64,000 nucleotides of DNA, taken from assembly GCF_009914755.1 (NCBI RefSeq), contig NC_060939.1; one strand, written 5' to 3'. Positions 12,001-27,000 of this stretch are shown one piece after another. Under the pieces are notes generated by a model that made no database searches, was not told where the DNA came from, and saw only the letters and a program-made list of their open reading frames with translations. The translations under genes were made by a program, and so were the position numbers. Source of the stretch: the human T2T-CHM13v2.0 reference genome, Homo sapiens. Within the stretch, counting starts at the first letter, position 1; every line of letters starts with the position of its first letter.

Positions 12001-15000
12001 TCCTTTCCATTCGAGTGCATTCCATTCCGTTCCATTTCTTTCCGTTCTGTACGATTCCTACCGTTCGATTTCATTTTGTTCCAGTCCATTCCTTTCGCGT
12101 CCATTCCATTCCATTTCACTCCATTCGATTCCATTCCACTCGATTCCACTTCGTTCCATTTCATTGCATTCCATTCTATTCAACTCTATTGCCTTCCATT
12201 CCATTCCATTCGATTACATTCCATGCGATTCCGTTCGAAATCGAATCAATTACATTGCAATCCATTACTATTGAGTCCATTTTATTCCAGTCCACTGCAT
12301 TCTGGTCCATTCCATTTGATTCCATTCCATTCTATTCCATTCCATACAGTTGCATTCCATTGGATTCCATTCTATATCTATAAATTCAATTCGAGACCAT
12401 TGCTTTTGAATCCATTCTGTATGATTCCATTCCATTCAAGTCCATTACATTTGGTTCAATTCCATTCCATTCCATTCCCTTCCATTCCATTCCAGTTGAT
12501 ATCAATCCATTCGATTCCATTCCATTCGAGCACATTCCATTTGAGTCCATTCCATTCGATGCCATTCCATTTGATTCTATTCCATTAGTCTCCATTCAAT
12601 TCCATTAATCTCCATTCCATTCCATTCTACTCCAACTGATTCCATTCCATTCTATTCCTTTCCATTCCATTTCATTCAATTCCATTCAATTTCATTCCAT
12701 TCCATTCCATTTCATTCTATTCAATTCCATTCGTGTCCATTCCACTCCAGTCCATTCCATTCGTGTCCATTCCATTCCAGTCCATTCCATTTGTGTCCAC
12801 TGCATTCCATTCCACTCCATTCCATATTATTCCATTACACTCCATTCCATTCTATTACTTTCATTTCCATTTAATTCCATTCCATTTGATTCCATTCCAC
12901 TCGGTTTCATTCCATTTGAGTCCACTCCATTCCATTCCATTCCATTCCATTCAGTTCCATTCCATTCTGTTCCATTCCATTCTGTTCCATTGCATTCCAT
13001 TCCATTCGGTACCATTCCATATTGTTCCATTCGATTCCATTCGAATCCATTCCATTCCAGTCCATTCCATTCGATTCCATTCCATTCCTTTCAATTCCAT
13101 TCCATTACATTCCATTCCACTTGATTCCACTCCATTCCCTTCCACTGCATTCCATTCGATTCCATTCCATTGCATTGCATTCCATTCCATTGGACTACAT
13201 TCCATTCGATTCCATTCCATTCGAATCAATGACATAGCAATCCATTACATTCGAGTCTATTCTATTCCGTTCCATTCGATTTCATTCCAATCCATTCGAT
13301 TCCATTCCATTCGATTCCATTCCATACTATTGCATTCCATTCTATTACATTATATTCGAATAAGTTCCATTCAAGACCATTTCTTTTGAGTCCATTCTAT
13401 TTGAGTCCATTCCCTTTGATTCCATAACATTTGAGTCCATTCAATTCCATTCCTTTCGTTTCCATTCCATTTGATGCCATTCCACTCAATTCTGTTCTAC
13501 TCGACTCCAATACATTCAATTCCATTCCATCCGATTCCATTACATTCTTTTCATTTCTTATCCATTTCAAGCCATTCCACTCCATTCCATTCCACTCGTT
13601 TCCTTTCCATTCGAGTCCATTCCTCTCCAGTCCATTCCGTTCAATCCATTCCATTCCAGTCCATTCCATTCGAGTCCGTTCCATTCCAGTCCATTCCATT
13701 CGAGTCAATTCCATTCCATTCGATGTCTTTCCATAACGATCCATTCCATTCTATTCCTTTCGATTCCATTCCATTCTATTTCATTCCATTCGATTCCCTT
13801 CCATTGGACTCCTTTCCATTCGAGTGCATTCCATTCCGTTCCATTTCTTTCCGTTCTGTACGATTCTTACCGTTCGATTTCATTTTGTTCCAGTCCATTC
13901 CTTTCGCGTCCATTCCATTCCATTTCACTCCATTCGATTCCATTCCACTCGATTCCACTTCGTTCCATTTCATTGCATTCCATTCTATTCAACTCTATTG
14001 CCTTCCATTCCATTCCATTCGATTACATTCCATGCGATTGCATTCGAAATCGAATCAATTACATTGCAATCCATTACTATTGAGTCCGTTTTATTCCAGT
14101 CCACTGCATTCTGGTCCATTCCATTTGATTCCATTCCATTCTATTCCATTCCATACAGTTGCATTCCTTTGGATTCCATGCTATATCTATAAATTCAATT
14201 CGAGACCATTGCTTTTGAGTCCATTCTATATGATTCCATTCCATTCAAGTCCATTACATTTGGTTCAATTCCATTCCATTCCAGTTGATATCAATCCATT
14301 CGATTCCATTCCATTCGAGCACATTCCATTCGAGTCCATTCCATTCGATGCCATTCCATTTGATTCTATGCCATTAGTCTCCATTCAATTCCATTAATCT
14401 CCATTCCATTCCATTCTACTCCAACTGATTCCATTCCATTCTATTCCTTTCCATTCCATTTCATTCCATTCCATTCCATTTCATTCCATTCCATTCCATT
14501 CGTGTCCATTCCACTCCAGTCCATTCCATTCGTGTCCATTCCATTCCAGTCCATTACATTTGTGTCCACTGCATTCCATTCCACTCCATTCCATATTATT
14601 CCATTACACTCCATTCCATTCTATTACTATCATTTCCATTCAATTCCATTCCATTTGATTCCATTCCACTCGGTTTCATTCCATTTGAGTCCACTCCATT
14701 CCATTCCATTCCATTCCATTCAGTTCCATTCCATTCTGTTCCATTCCATTCCGTTCCATTACATTCCATTCCATTCGGTACCATTCCATATTGTTCCATT
14801 CGATTCCATTCGAATCCATTCCATTCCAGTCCATTCCATTCGATTCCATTCCATTCATTTCAATTCCATTCCATTCCATTCCATTACATTCCACTTGATT
14901 CCTCTCCATTCCCTTCCACTGCATTCCGTTCGATTCCATTCCATTGCATTGCATTCCATTCCATTGTATTGCATTCCATTCGATTCCATTCCATTCGAAT

Positions 15001-18000
15001 CAATTACATAGCAATCCATTACATTCGAGTCTATTCTCTTCCGTTCCATTCGATTTCGTTCCAATCCATTCGATTCCATTCCATTCGATTCCATTCCATA
15101 CTATTGCATTCCATTCGATTACATTATATTCGAATAAGTTCCATTCAAGACCATTACTTTTGAGTCCATTCTTTTTGAGTCCATTCCCTTTGATTCCATA
15201 ACATTTGAGTCCATTCAATTCCATTCCTTTCGTTTGCATTCCATTTGATGCCATTCCATTCAATTCTGTTCTACTCGACTCCAATACATTCAATTCCATT
15301 CCATCCGATTCCATTACATTCTTTTCATTTCTTATCCATTTCAAGCCATTCCACTCCATTCCATTCCACTCGTTTCCTTTCCATTCGAGTCCATTCCTCT
15401 CCAGTCCATTCCGTTCAATCCATTCCATTCCAGTCCATTCCATTCGAGTCCGTTCCATTCCAGTCCTCTCTATTCGAGTCAATTCCATCCCATTCGATGT
15501 TTTTCCATAACGATCCATTCCATTCTATTCCTTTCGATTCCATTCCATTCTACTTCATTCCATTCGATTCCCTTCCATTGGACTCCTTTCCATTCGAGTG
15601 CATTCCATTCCGTTCCATTTCGTACCGTTCTGTACGATTCCTACCGTTCGATTTCATTTTGTTCCAGTCCATTCCTTTCGCGTCCATTCCATTCCATTTC
15701 ACTCCATTCGATTCCATTCCACTCGATTCCACTTCGTTCCATTTCATTGCATTCCATTCTATTCAACTCTATTGCCTTCCATTCCATTCCATTCGATTAC
15801 ATTCCATGCGATTCCGTTCGAAATCGAATCAATTACATTGCAATCCATTACTATTGAGTCCATTTTATTCCAGTCCACTGCATTCTGGTCCATTCCATTT
15901 GATTCCATTCCATTCTATTCCATTCCATACAGTTGCATTCCATTGGATTCCATTCTATATCTATAAATTCAATTCGAGACCATTGCTTTTGAATCCATTC
16001 TATATGATTCCATTCCATTCAAGTCCATTACATTTGGTTCAATTTCATTCCATTCCATTCCCTTCCATTCCATTCCAGTTGATATCAATCCATTCGATTC
16101 CATTCCATTCGAGCACATTCCATTTGAGTCCATTCCATTCGATGCCATTCCATTTGATTCTATTCCATTAGTCTCCATTCAATTCCATTAATCTCCATTC
16201 CATTCCATTCTACTCCAACTGATTCCATTCCATTCTATTCCTTTCCATTCCATTTCATTCCATTCCATTCCATTTCATTCCATTCCATTCCATTCGCTTC
16301 CATTCCATTCGTGTCCATTCCACTCCAGTCCATTCCATTCGTGTCCATTCCATTCCAGTCCATTCCATTTGTGTCCACTGCATTCCATTCCACTCCATTC
16401 CATATTATTCCATTACACTCCATTCCATTCTATTACTTTCATTTCCATTCAATTCCATTCCATTTGATTCCATTCCACTCGGTTTCATTCCATTTGAGTC
16501 CACTCCATTCCATTCCATTCCATTCCATGCAGTTCCATTCCATTCTGTTCCATTCCATTCCGTTCCATTGCATTCCATTCCATTCGGTACCATTCCATAT
16601 TGTTCCATTCGATTCCATTCGAATCCATTCCATTCCAGTCCATTCCATTCGATTCCATTCCATTCCATTCAATTCCATTCCATTCCATTCCATTCCACTT
16701 GATTCCACTCCATTCCCTTCCACTGCATTCCATTCGATTCCATTCCATTGCATTGCATTCCATTCCATTGGACTGCATTCCATTCGATTCCATTCCATTC
16801 GAATCAATTACATAGCAATCCATTACATTCGAATCTATTCTATTCCGTTCCATTCGATTTCATTCCAATCCATTCGATTCCATTCCATTCGATTCCATTC
16901 CATACTATTGCATTCCATTCGATTACATTATATTCGAATAAGTTCCATTCAAGACCATTTCTTTTGAGTCCATTCTATTTGAGTCCATTCCCTTTGATTC
17001 CATAACATTTGAGTCCATTCAATTCCATTCCTTTCGTTTCCATTCCATTTGATGCCATTCCACTCAATTATGTTCTACTCGACTCCAATACATTCAATTC
17101 CATTCCATCCGATTCCATTACATTCTTTTCATTTCTTATCCATTTCAAGCCATTCCACTCCATTCCATTCCACTCGTTTCCTTTCCATTCGAGTCCATTC
17201 CTCTCCAGTCCATTCCGTTCAATCCATTCCATTCCAGTCCATTCCATTCGAGTCCGTTCCATTCCAGTCCATTCCATTCGAGTCAATTCCATTCCATTCG
17301 ATGTCTTTCCATAACGATCCATTCCATTCTATTCCTTTCGATTCCATACCATTCTATTTCATTCCATTCGATTCCCTTCCATTGGACTCCTTTCCATTCG
17401 AGTGCATTCCATTCCGTTCCATTTCTTTCCGTTCTGTACGATTCTTACCGTTCGATTTCATTTTGTTCCAGTCCATTCCTTTCGCGTCCATTCCATTCCA
17501 TTTCACTCCATTCGATTCCATTCCACTCGATTCCACTTCGTTCCATTTCATTGCATTCCATTCTATTCAACTCTATTGCCTTCCATTCCATTCCATTCGA
17601 TTATATTCCATGCGATTGCATTCGAAATCGAATCAATTACATTGCAATCCATTACTATTGAGTCCGTTTTATTCCAGTCCACTGCATTCTGGTCCATTCC
17701 ATTTGATTCCATTCCATTCTATTCCATTCCATACAGTTGCATTCCTTTGGATTCCATGCTATATCTATAAATTCAATTCGAGACCATTGCTTTTGAGTCC
17801 ATTCTATGTGATTCCATTCCATTCAAGTCCATTACATTTGGTTCAATTCCATTCCATTCCAGTTGATATCAATCCATTCGATTCCATTCCATTCGAGCAC
17901 ATTCCATTCGAGTCCATTCCATTCGATGCCATTCCATTTGATTCTATTCCATTAGTCTCCATTCAATTCCATTAATCTCCATTCCATTCCATTCTACTCC

Positions 18001-21000
18001 AACTGATTCCATTCCATTATATTCCTTTCCATTCCATTTCATTCCATTCCATTCCATTTCATTCAATTCCATTCCATTCGTGTCCATTCCACTCCATTCC
18101 ATTCCATTCGTGTCCATTCCATTCCAGTCCATTCCATTTGTGTCCACTGCATTCCATTCCACTCCATTCCATATTATTCCATTACACTCCATTCCATTCT
18201 ATTACTTTCATTTCCATTCAATTCCATTCCATTTGATTCCATTCCACTCGGTTTCATTCCATTTGAGTCCACTCCATTCCATTCCATTCCATTCCATTCA
18301 GTTCCATTCCATTCTGTTCCATTCCATTCCGTTCCATTACATTCCATTCCATTCGGTACCATTCCATATTGTTCCATTCGATTGCATTCGAATCCATTCC
18401 ATTCCAGTCCATTCCATTCGATTCCATTCCATTCATTTCAATTCCATTCCATTCCATTCCATTACATTCCACTTGATTCCTCTCCATTCCCTTCCACTGC
18501 ATTCCGTTCGATTCCATTCCATTGCATTGCATTCCATTCCATTGGATTGCATTCCATTCGATTCCATTCCATTCGAATCAATTACATAGCAATCCATTAC
18601 ATTCGAGTCTATTCTATTCCGTTCCATTCGATTTCGTTCCAATCCATTCGATTCCATTCCATTCGATTCCATTCCATACTATTGCATTCCATTCTATTAC
18701 ATTATATTCGAATAAGTTCCATTCAAGACCATTTCTTTTGAGTCCATTCTATTTGAGTCCATTCCCTTTGATTCCATAACATTTGAGTCCATTCCATTCC
18801 ATTCCTTTCGTTTGCATTCCATTTGATGCCATTCCATTCAATTCTGTTCTACTCGACTCCAATACATTCAATTCCATTCCATCCGATTCCATTACATTCT
18901 TTTCATTTCTTATCCATTTCAAGCCATTCCACTCCATTCCATTCCACTCGTTTCCTTTCCATTCGAGTCCATTCCTCTCCAGTCCATTCCGTTCAATCCA
19001 TTCCATTCCAGTCCATTCCATTCGAGTCCGTTCCATTCCAGTCCTCTCTATTCGAGTCAATTCCATCCCATTCGATGTCTTTCCATAACGATCCATTCCA
19101 TTCTATTCCTTTCGATTCCATTCCATTCTACTTCATTCAATTCGATTCCCTTCCATTGGACTCCTTTCCATTCGAGTGCATTCCATTCCGTTCCATTTCT
19201 TTCCGTTCTGTACGATTCCTACCGTTCGATTTCATTTTGTTCCAGTCCATTCCTTTCGCGTCCATTCCATTCCATTTCACTCCATTCGATTCCATTCCAC
19301 TCGATTCCACTTCGTTCCATTTCATTGCATTCCATTCTATTCAACTCTATTGCCTTCCATTCCATTCCATTCGATTACATTCCATGCGATTCCGTTCGAA
19401 ATCGAATCAATTACATTGCAATCCATTACTATTGAGTCCATTTTATTCCAGTCCACTGCATTCTGGTCCATTCCATTTGATTCCATTCCATTCTATTCCA
19501 TTCCATACAGTTGCATTCCATTGGATTCCATTCTATATCTATAAATTCAATTCGAGACCATTGCTTTTGAATCCATTCTGTATGATTCCATTCCATTCAA
19601 GTCCATTACATTTGGTTCAATTCCATTCCATTCCATTCCCTTCCATTCCATTCCAGTTGATATCAATCCATTCGATTCCATTCCATTCGAGCACATTCCA
19701 TTTGAGTCCATTCCATTCGATGCCATTCCATTTGATTCTATTCCATTAGTCTCCATTCAATTCCATTAATCTCCATTCCATTCCATTCTACTCCAACTGA
19801 TTCCATTCCATTCTATTCCTTTCCATTCCATTTCATTCAATTCCATTCCATTTCATTCCATTCCATTCCATTTCATTCTATTCAATTCCATTCGTGTCCA
19901 TTCCACTCCAGTCCATTCCATTCGTGTCCATTCCATTCCAGTCCATTCCATTTGTGTCCACTGCATTCCATTCCACTCCATTCCATATTATTCCATTACA
20001 CTCCATTCCATTCTATTACTTTCATTTCCATTTAATTCCATTCCATTTGATTCCATTCCACTCGGTTTCATTCCATTTGAGTCCACTCCATTCCATTCCA
20101 TTCCATTCCATTCAGTTCCATTCCATTCTGTTCCATTCCATTCTGTTCCATTGCATTCCATTCCATTCGGTACCATTCCATATTGTTCCATTCGATTCCA
20201 TTCGAATCCATTCCATTCCAGTCCATTCCATTCGATTCCATTCCATTCCTTTCAATTCCATTCCATTACATTCCATTCCACTTGATTCCACTCCATTCCC
20301 TTCCACTGCATTCCATTCGATTCCATTCCATTGCATTGCATTCCATTCCATTGGACTACATTCCATTCGATTCCATTCCATTCGAATCAATGACATAGCA
20401 ATCCATTACATTCGAGTCTATTCTATTCCGTTCCATTCGATTTCATTCCAATCCATTCGATTCCATTCCATTCGATTCCATTCCATACTATTGCATTCCA
20501 TTCTATTACATTATATTCGAATAAGTTCCATTCAAGACCATTTCTTTTGAGTCCATTCTATTTGAGTCCATTCCCTTTGATTCCATAACATTTGAGTCCA
20601 TTCAATTCCATTCCTTTCGTTTCCATTCCATTTGATGCCATTCCACTCAATTCTGTTCTACTCGACTCCAATACATTCAATTCCATTCCATCCGATTCCA
20701 TTACATTCTTTTCATTTCTTATCCATTTCAAGCCATTCCACTCCATTCCATTCCACTCGTTTCCTTTCCATTCGAGTCCATTCCTCTCCAGTCCATTCCG
20801 TTCAATCCATTCCATTCCAGTCCATTCCATTCGAGTCCGTTCCATTCCAGTCCATTCCATTCGAGTCAATTCCATTCCATTCGATGTCTTCCCATAACGA
20901 TCCATTCCATTCTATTCCTTTCGATTCCATTCCATTCTATTTCATTCCATTCGATTCCCTTCCATTGGACTCCTTTCCATTCGAGTGCATTCCATTCCGT

Positions 21001-24000
21001 TCCATTTCTTTCCGTTCTGTACGATTCTTACCGTTCGATTTCATTTTGTTCCAGTCCATTCCTTTCGCGTCCATTCCATTCCATTTCACTCCATTCGATT
21101 CCATTCCACTCGATTCCACTTCGTTCCATTTCATTGCATTCCATTCTATTCAACTCTATTGCCTTCCATTCCATTCCATTCGATTACATTCCATGCGATT
21201 GCATTCGAAATCGAATCAATTACATTGCAATCCATTACTATTGAGTCCGTTTTATTCCAGTCCACTGCATTCTGGTCCATTCCATTTGATTCCATTCCAT
21301 TCTATTCCATTCCATACAGTTGCATTCCTTTGGATTCCATGCTATATCTATAAATTCAATTCGAGACCATTGCTTTTGAGTCCATTCTATATGATTCCAT
21401 TCCATTCAAGTCCATTACATTTGGTTCAATTCCATTCCATTCCAGTTGATATCAATCCATTCGATTCCATTCCATTCGAGCACATTCCATTCGAGTCCAT
21501 TCCATTCGATGCCATTCCATTTGATTCTATGCCATTAGTCTCCATTCAATTCCATTAATCTCCATTCCATTCCATTCTACTCCAACTGATTCCATTCCAT
21601 TCTATTCCTTTCCATTCCATTTCATTCCATTCCATTCCATTTCATTCCATTCCATTCCATTCGTGTCCATTCCACTCCAGTCCATTCCATTCGTGTCCAT
21701 TCCATTCCAGTCCATTACATTTGTGTCCACTGCATTCCATTCCACTCCATTCCATATTATTCCATTACACTCCATTCCATTCTATTACTATCATTTCCAT
21801 TCAATTCCATTCCATTTGATTCCATTCCACTCGGTTTCATTCCATTTGAGTCCACTCCATTCCATTCCATTCCATTCCATTCAGTTCCATTCCATTCTGT
21901 TCCATTCCATTCCGTTCCATTACATTCCATTCCATTCGGTACCATTCCATATTGTTCCATTCGATTCCATTCGAATCCATTCCATTCCAGTCCATTCCAT
22001 TCGATTCCATTCCATTCATTTCAATTCCATTCCATTCCATTCCATTACATTCCACTTGATTCCTCTCCATTCCCTTCCACTGCATTCCGTTCGATTCCAT
22101 TCCATTGCATTGCATTCCATTCCATTGTATTGCATTCCATTCGATTCCATTCCATTCGAATCAATTACATAGCAATCCATTACATTCGAGTCTATTCTCT
22201 TCCGTTCCATTCGATTTCGTTCCAATCCATTCGATTCCATTCCATTCGATTCCATTCCATACTATTGCATTCCATTCGATTACATTATATTCGAATAAGT
22301 TCCATTCAAGACCATTACTTTTGAGTCCATTCTTTTTGAGTCCATTCCCTTTGATTCCATAACATTTGAGTCCATTCAATTCCATTCCTTTCGTTTGCAT
22401 TCCATTTGATGCCATTCCATTCAATTCTGTTCTACTCGACTCCAATACATTCAATTCCATTCCATCCGATTCCATTACATTCTTTTCATTTCTTATCCAT
22501 TTCAAGCCATTCCACTCCATTCCATTCCACTCGTTTCCTTTCCATTCGAGTCCATTCCTCTCCAGTCCATTCCGTTCAATCCATTCCATTCCAGTCCATT
22601 CCATTCGAGTCCGTTCCATTCCAGTCCTCTCTATTCGAGTCAATTCCATCCCATTCGATGTTTTTCCATAACGATCCATTCCATTCTATTCCTTTCGATT
22701 CCATTCCATTCTACTTCATTCCATTCGATTCCCTTCCATTGGACTCCTTTCCATTCGAGTGCATTCCATTCCGTTCCATTTCGTACCGTTCTGTACGATT
22801 CCTACCGTTCGATTTCATTTTGTTCCAGTCCATTCCTTTCGCGTCCATTCCATTCCATTTCACTCCATTCGATTCCATTCCACTCGATTCCACTTCGTTC
22901 CATTTCATTGCATTCCATTCTATTCAACTCTATTGCCTTCCATTCCATTCCATTCGATTACATTCCATGCGATTCCGTTCGAAATCGAATCAATTACATT
23001 GCAATCCATTACTATTGAGTCCATTTTATTCCAGTCCACTGCATTCTGGTCCATTCCATTTGATTCCATTCCATTCTATTCCATTCCATACAGTTGCATT
23101 CCATTGGATTCCATTCTATATCTATAAATTCAATTCGAGACCATTGCTTTTGAATCCATTCTATATGATTCCATTCCATTCAAGTCCATTACATTTGGTT
23201 CAATTTCATTCCATTCCATTCCCTTCCATTCCATTCCAGTTGATATCAATCCATTCGATTCCATTCCATTCGAGCACATTCCATTTGAGTCCATTCCATT
23301 CGATGCCATTCCATTTGATTCTATTCCATTAGTCTCCATTCAATTCCATTAATCTCCATTCCATTCCATTCTACTCCAACTGATTCCATTCCATTCTATT
23401 CCTTTCCATTCCATTTCATTCCATTCCATTCCATTTCATTCCATTCCATTCCATTCGCTTCCATTCCATTCGTGTCCATTCCACTCCAGTCCATTCCATT
23501 CGTGTCCATTCCATTCCAGTCCATTCCATTTGTGTCCACTGCATTCCATTCCACTCCATTCCATATTATTCCATTACACTCCATTCCATTCTATTACTTT
23601 CATTTCCATTCAATTCCATTCCATTTGATTCCATTCCACTCGGTTTCATTCCATTTGAGTCCACTCCATTCCATTCCATTCCATTCCATGCAGTTCCATT
23701 CCATTCTGTTCCATTCCATTCCGTTCCATTGCATTCCATTCCATTCGGTACCATTCCATATTGTTCCATTCGATTCCATTCGAATCCATTCCATTCCAGT
23801 CCATTCCATTCGATTCCATTCCATTCCATTCAATTCCATTCCATTCCATTCCATTCCACTTGATTCCACTCCATTCCCTTCCACTGCATTCCATTCGATT
23901 CCATTCCATTGCATTGCATTCCATTCCATTGGACTGCATTCCATTCGATTCCATTCCATTCGAATCAATTACATAGCAATCCATTACATTCGAATCTATT

Positions 24001-27000
24001 CTATTCCGTTCCATTCGATTTCATTCCAATCCATTCGATTCCATTCCATTCGATTCCATTCCATACTATTGCATTCCATTCTATTACATTATATTCGAAT
24101 AAGTTCCATTCAAGACCATTTCTTTTGAGTCCATTCTATTTGAGTCCATTCCCTTTGATTCCATAACATTTGAGTCCATTCAATTCCATTCCTTTCGTTT
24201 CCATTCCATTTGATGCCATTCCACTCAATTATGTTCTACTCGACTCCAATACATTCAATTCCATTCCATCCGATTCCATTACATTCTTTTCATTTCTTAT
24301 CCATTTCAAGCCATTCCACTCCATTCCATTCCACTCGTTTCCTTTCCATTCGAGTCCATTCCTCTCCAGTCCATTCCGTTCAATCCATTCCATTCCAGTC
24401 CATTCCATTCGAGTCCGTTCCATTCCAGTCCATTCCATTCGAGTCAATTCCATTCCATTCGATGTCTTTCCATAACGATCCATTCCATTCTATTCCTTTC
24501 GATTCCATACCATTCTATTTCATTCCATTCGATTCCCTTCCATTGGACTCCTTTCCATTCGAGTGCATTCCATTCCGTTCCATTTCTTTCCGTTCTGTAC
24601 GATTCTTACCGTTCGATTTCATTTTGTTCCAGTCCATTCCTTTCGCGTCCATTCCATTCCATTTCACTCCATTCGATTCCATTCCACTCGATTCCACTTC
24701 GTTCCATTTCATTGCATTCCATTCTATTCAACTCTATTGCCTTCCATTCCATTCCATTCGATTATATTCCATGCGATTGCATTCGAAATCGAATCAATTA
24801 CATTGCAATCCATTACTATTGAGTCCGTTTTATTCCAGTCCACTGCATTCTGGTCCATTCCATTTGATTCCATTCCATTCTATTCCATTCCATACAGTTG
24901 CATTCCTTTGGATTCCATGCTATATCTATAAATTCAATTCGAGACCATTGCTTTTGAGTCCATTCTATGTGATTCCATTCCATTCAAGTCCATTACATTT
25001 GGTTCAATTCCATTCCATTCCAGTTGATATCAATCCATTCGATTCCATTCCATTCGAGCACATTCCATTCGAGTCCATTCCATTCGATGCCATTCCATTT
25101 GATTCTATGCCATTAGTCTCCATTCAATTCCATTAATCTCCATTCCATTCCATTCTACTCCAACTGATTCCATTCCATTATATTCCTTTCCATTCCATTT
25201 CATTCCATTCCATTCCATTTCATTCAATTCCATTCCATTCGTGTCCATTCCACTCCATTCCATTCCATTCGTGTCCATTCCATTCCAGTCCATTCCATTT
25301 GTGTCCACTGCATTCCATTCCACTCCATTCCATATTATTCCATTACACTCCATTCCATTCTATTACTTTCATTTCCATTCAATTCCATTCCATTTGATTC
25401 CATTCCACTCGGTTTCATTCCATTTGAGTCCACTCCATTCCATTCCATTCCATTCCATTCAGTTCCATTCCATTCTGTTCCATTCCATTCCGTTCCATTA
25501 CATTCCATTCCATTCGGTACCATTCCATATTGTTCCATTCGATTGCATTCGAATCCATTCCATTCCAGTCCATTCCATTCGATTCCATTCCATTCATTTC
25601 AATTCCATTCCATTCCATTCCATTACATTCCACTTGATTCCTCTCCATTCCCTTCCACTGCATTCCGTTCGATTCCATTCCATTGCATTGCATTCCATTC
25701 CATTGGATTGCATTCCATTCGATTCCATTCCATTCGAATCAATTACATAGCAATCCATTACATTCGAGTCTATTCTATTCCGTTCCATTCGATTTCGTTC
25801 CAATCCATTCGATTCCATTCCATTCGATTCCATTCCATACTATTGCATTCCATTCTATTACATTATATTCGAATAAGTTCCATTCAAGACCATTTCTTTT
25901 GAGTCCATTCTATTTGAGTCCATTCCCTTTGATTCCATAACATTTGAGTCCATTCCATTCCATTCCTTTCGTTTGCATTCCATTTGATGCCATTCCATTC
26001 AATTCTGTTCTACTCGACTCCAATACATTCAATTCCATTCCATCCGATTCCATTACATTCTTTTCATTTCTTATCCATTTCAAGCCATTCCACTCCATTC
26101 CATTCCACTCGTTTCCTTTCCATTCGAGTCCATTCCTCTCCAGTCCATTCCGTTCAATCCATTCCATTCCAGTCCATTCCATTCGAGTCCGTTCCATTCC
26201 AGTCCTCTCTATTCGAGTCAATTCCATCCCATTCGATGTCTTTCCATAACGATCCATTCCATTCTATTCCTTTCGATTCCATTCCATTCTACTTCATTCA
26301 ATTCGATTCCCTTCCATTGGACTCCTTTCCATTCGAGTGCATTCCATTCCGTTCCATTTCTTTCCGTTCTGTACGATTCCTACCGTTCGATTTCATTTTG
26401 TTCCAGTCCATTCCTTTCGCGTCCATTCCATTCCATTTCACTCCATTCGATTCCATTCCACTCGATTCCACTTCGTTCCATTTCATTGCATTCCATTCTA
26501 TTCAACTCTATTGCCTTCCATTCCATTCCATTCGATTACATTCCATGCGATTCCGTTCGAAATCGAATCAATTACATTGCAATCCATTACTATTGAGTCC
26601 ATTTTATTCCAGTCCACTGCATTCTGGTCCATTCCATTTGATTCCATTCCATTCTATTCCATTCCATACAGTTGCATTCCATTGGATTCCATTCTATATC
26701 TATAAATTCAATTCGAGACCATTGCTTTTGAATCCATTCTGTATGATTCCATTCCATTCAAGTCCATTACATTTGGTTCAATTCCATTCCATTCCATTCC
26801 CTTCCATTCCATTCCAGTTGATATCAATCCATTCGATTCCATTCCATTCGAGCACATTCCATTTGAGTCCATTCCATTCGATGCCATTCCATTTGATTCT
26901 ATTCCATTAGTCTCCATTCAATTCCATTAATCTCCATTCCATTCCATTCTACTCCAACTGATTCCATTCCATTCTATTCCTTTCCATTCCATTTCATTCA

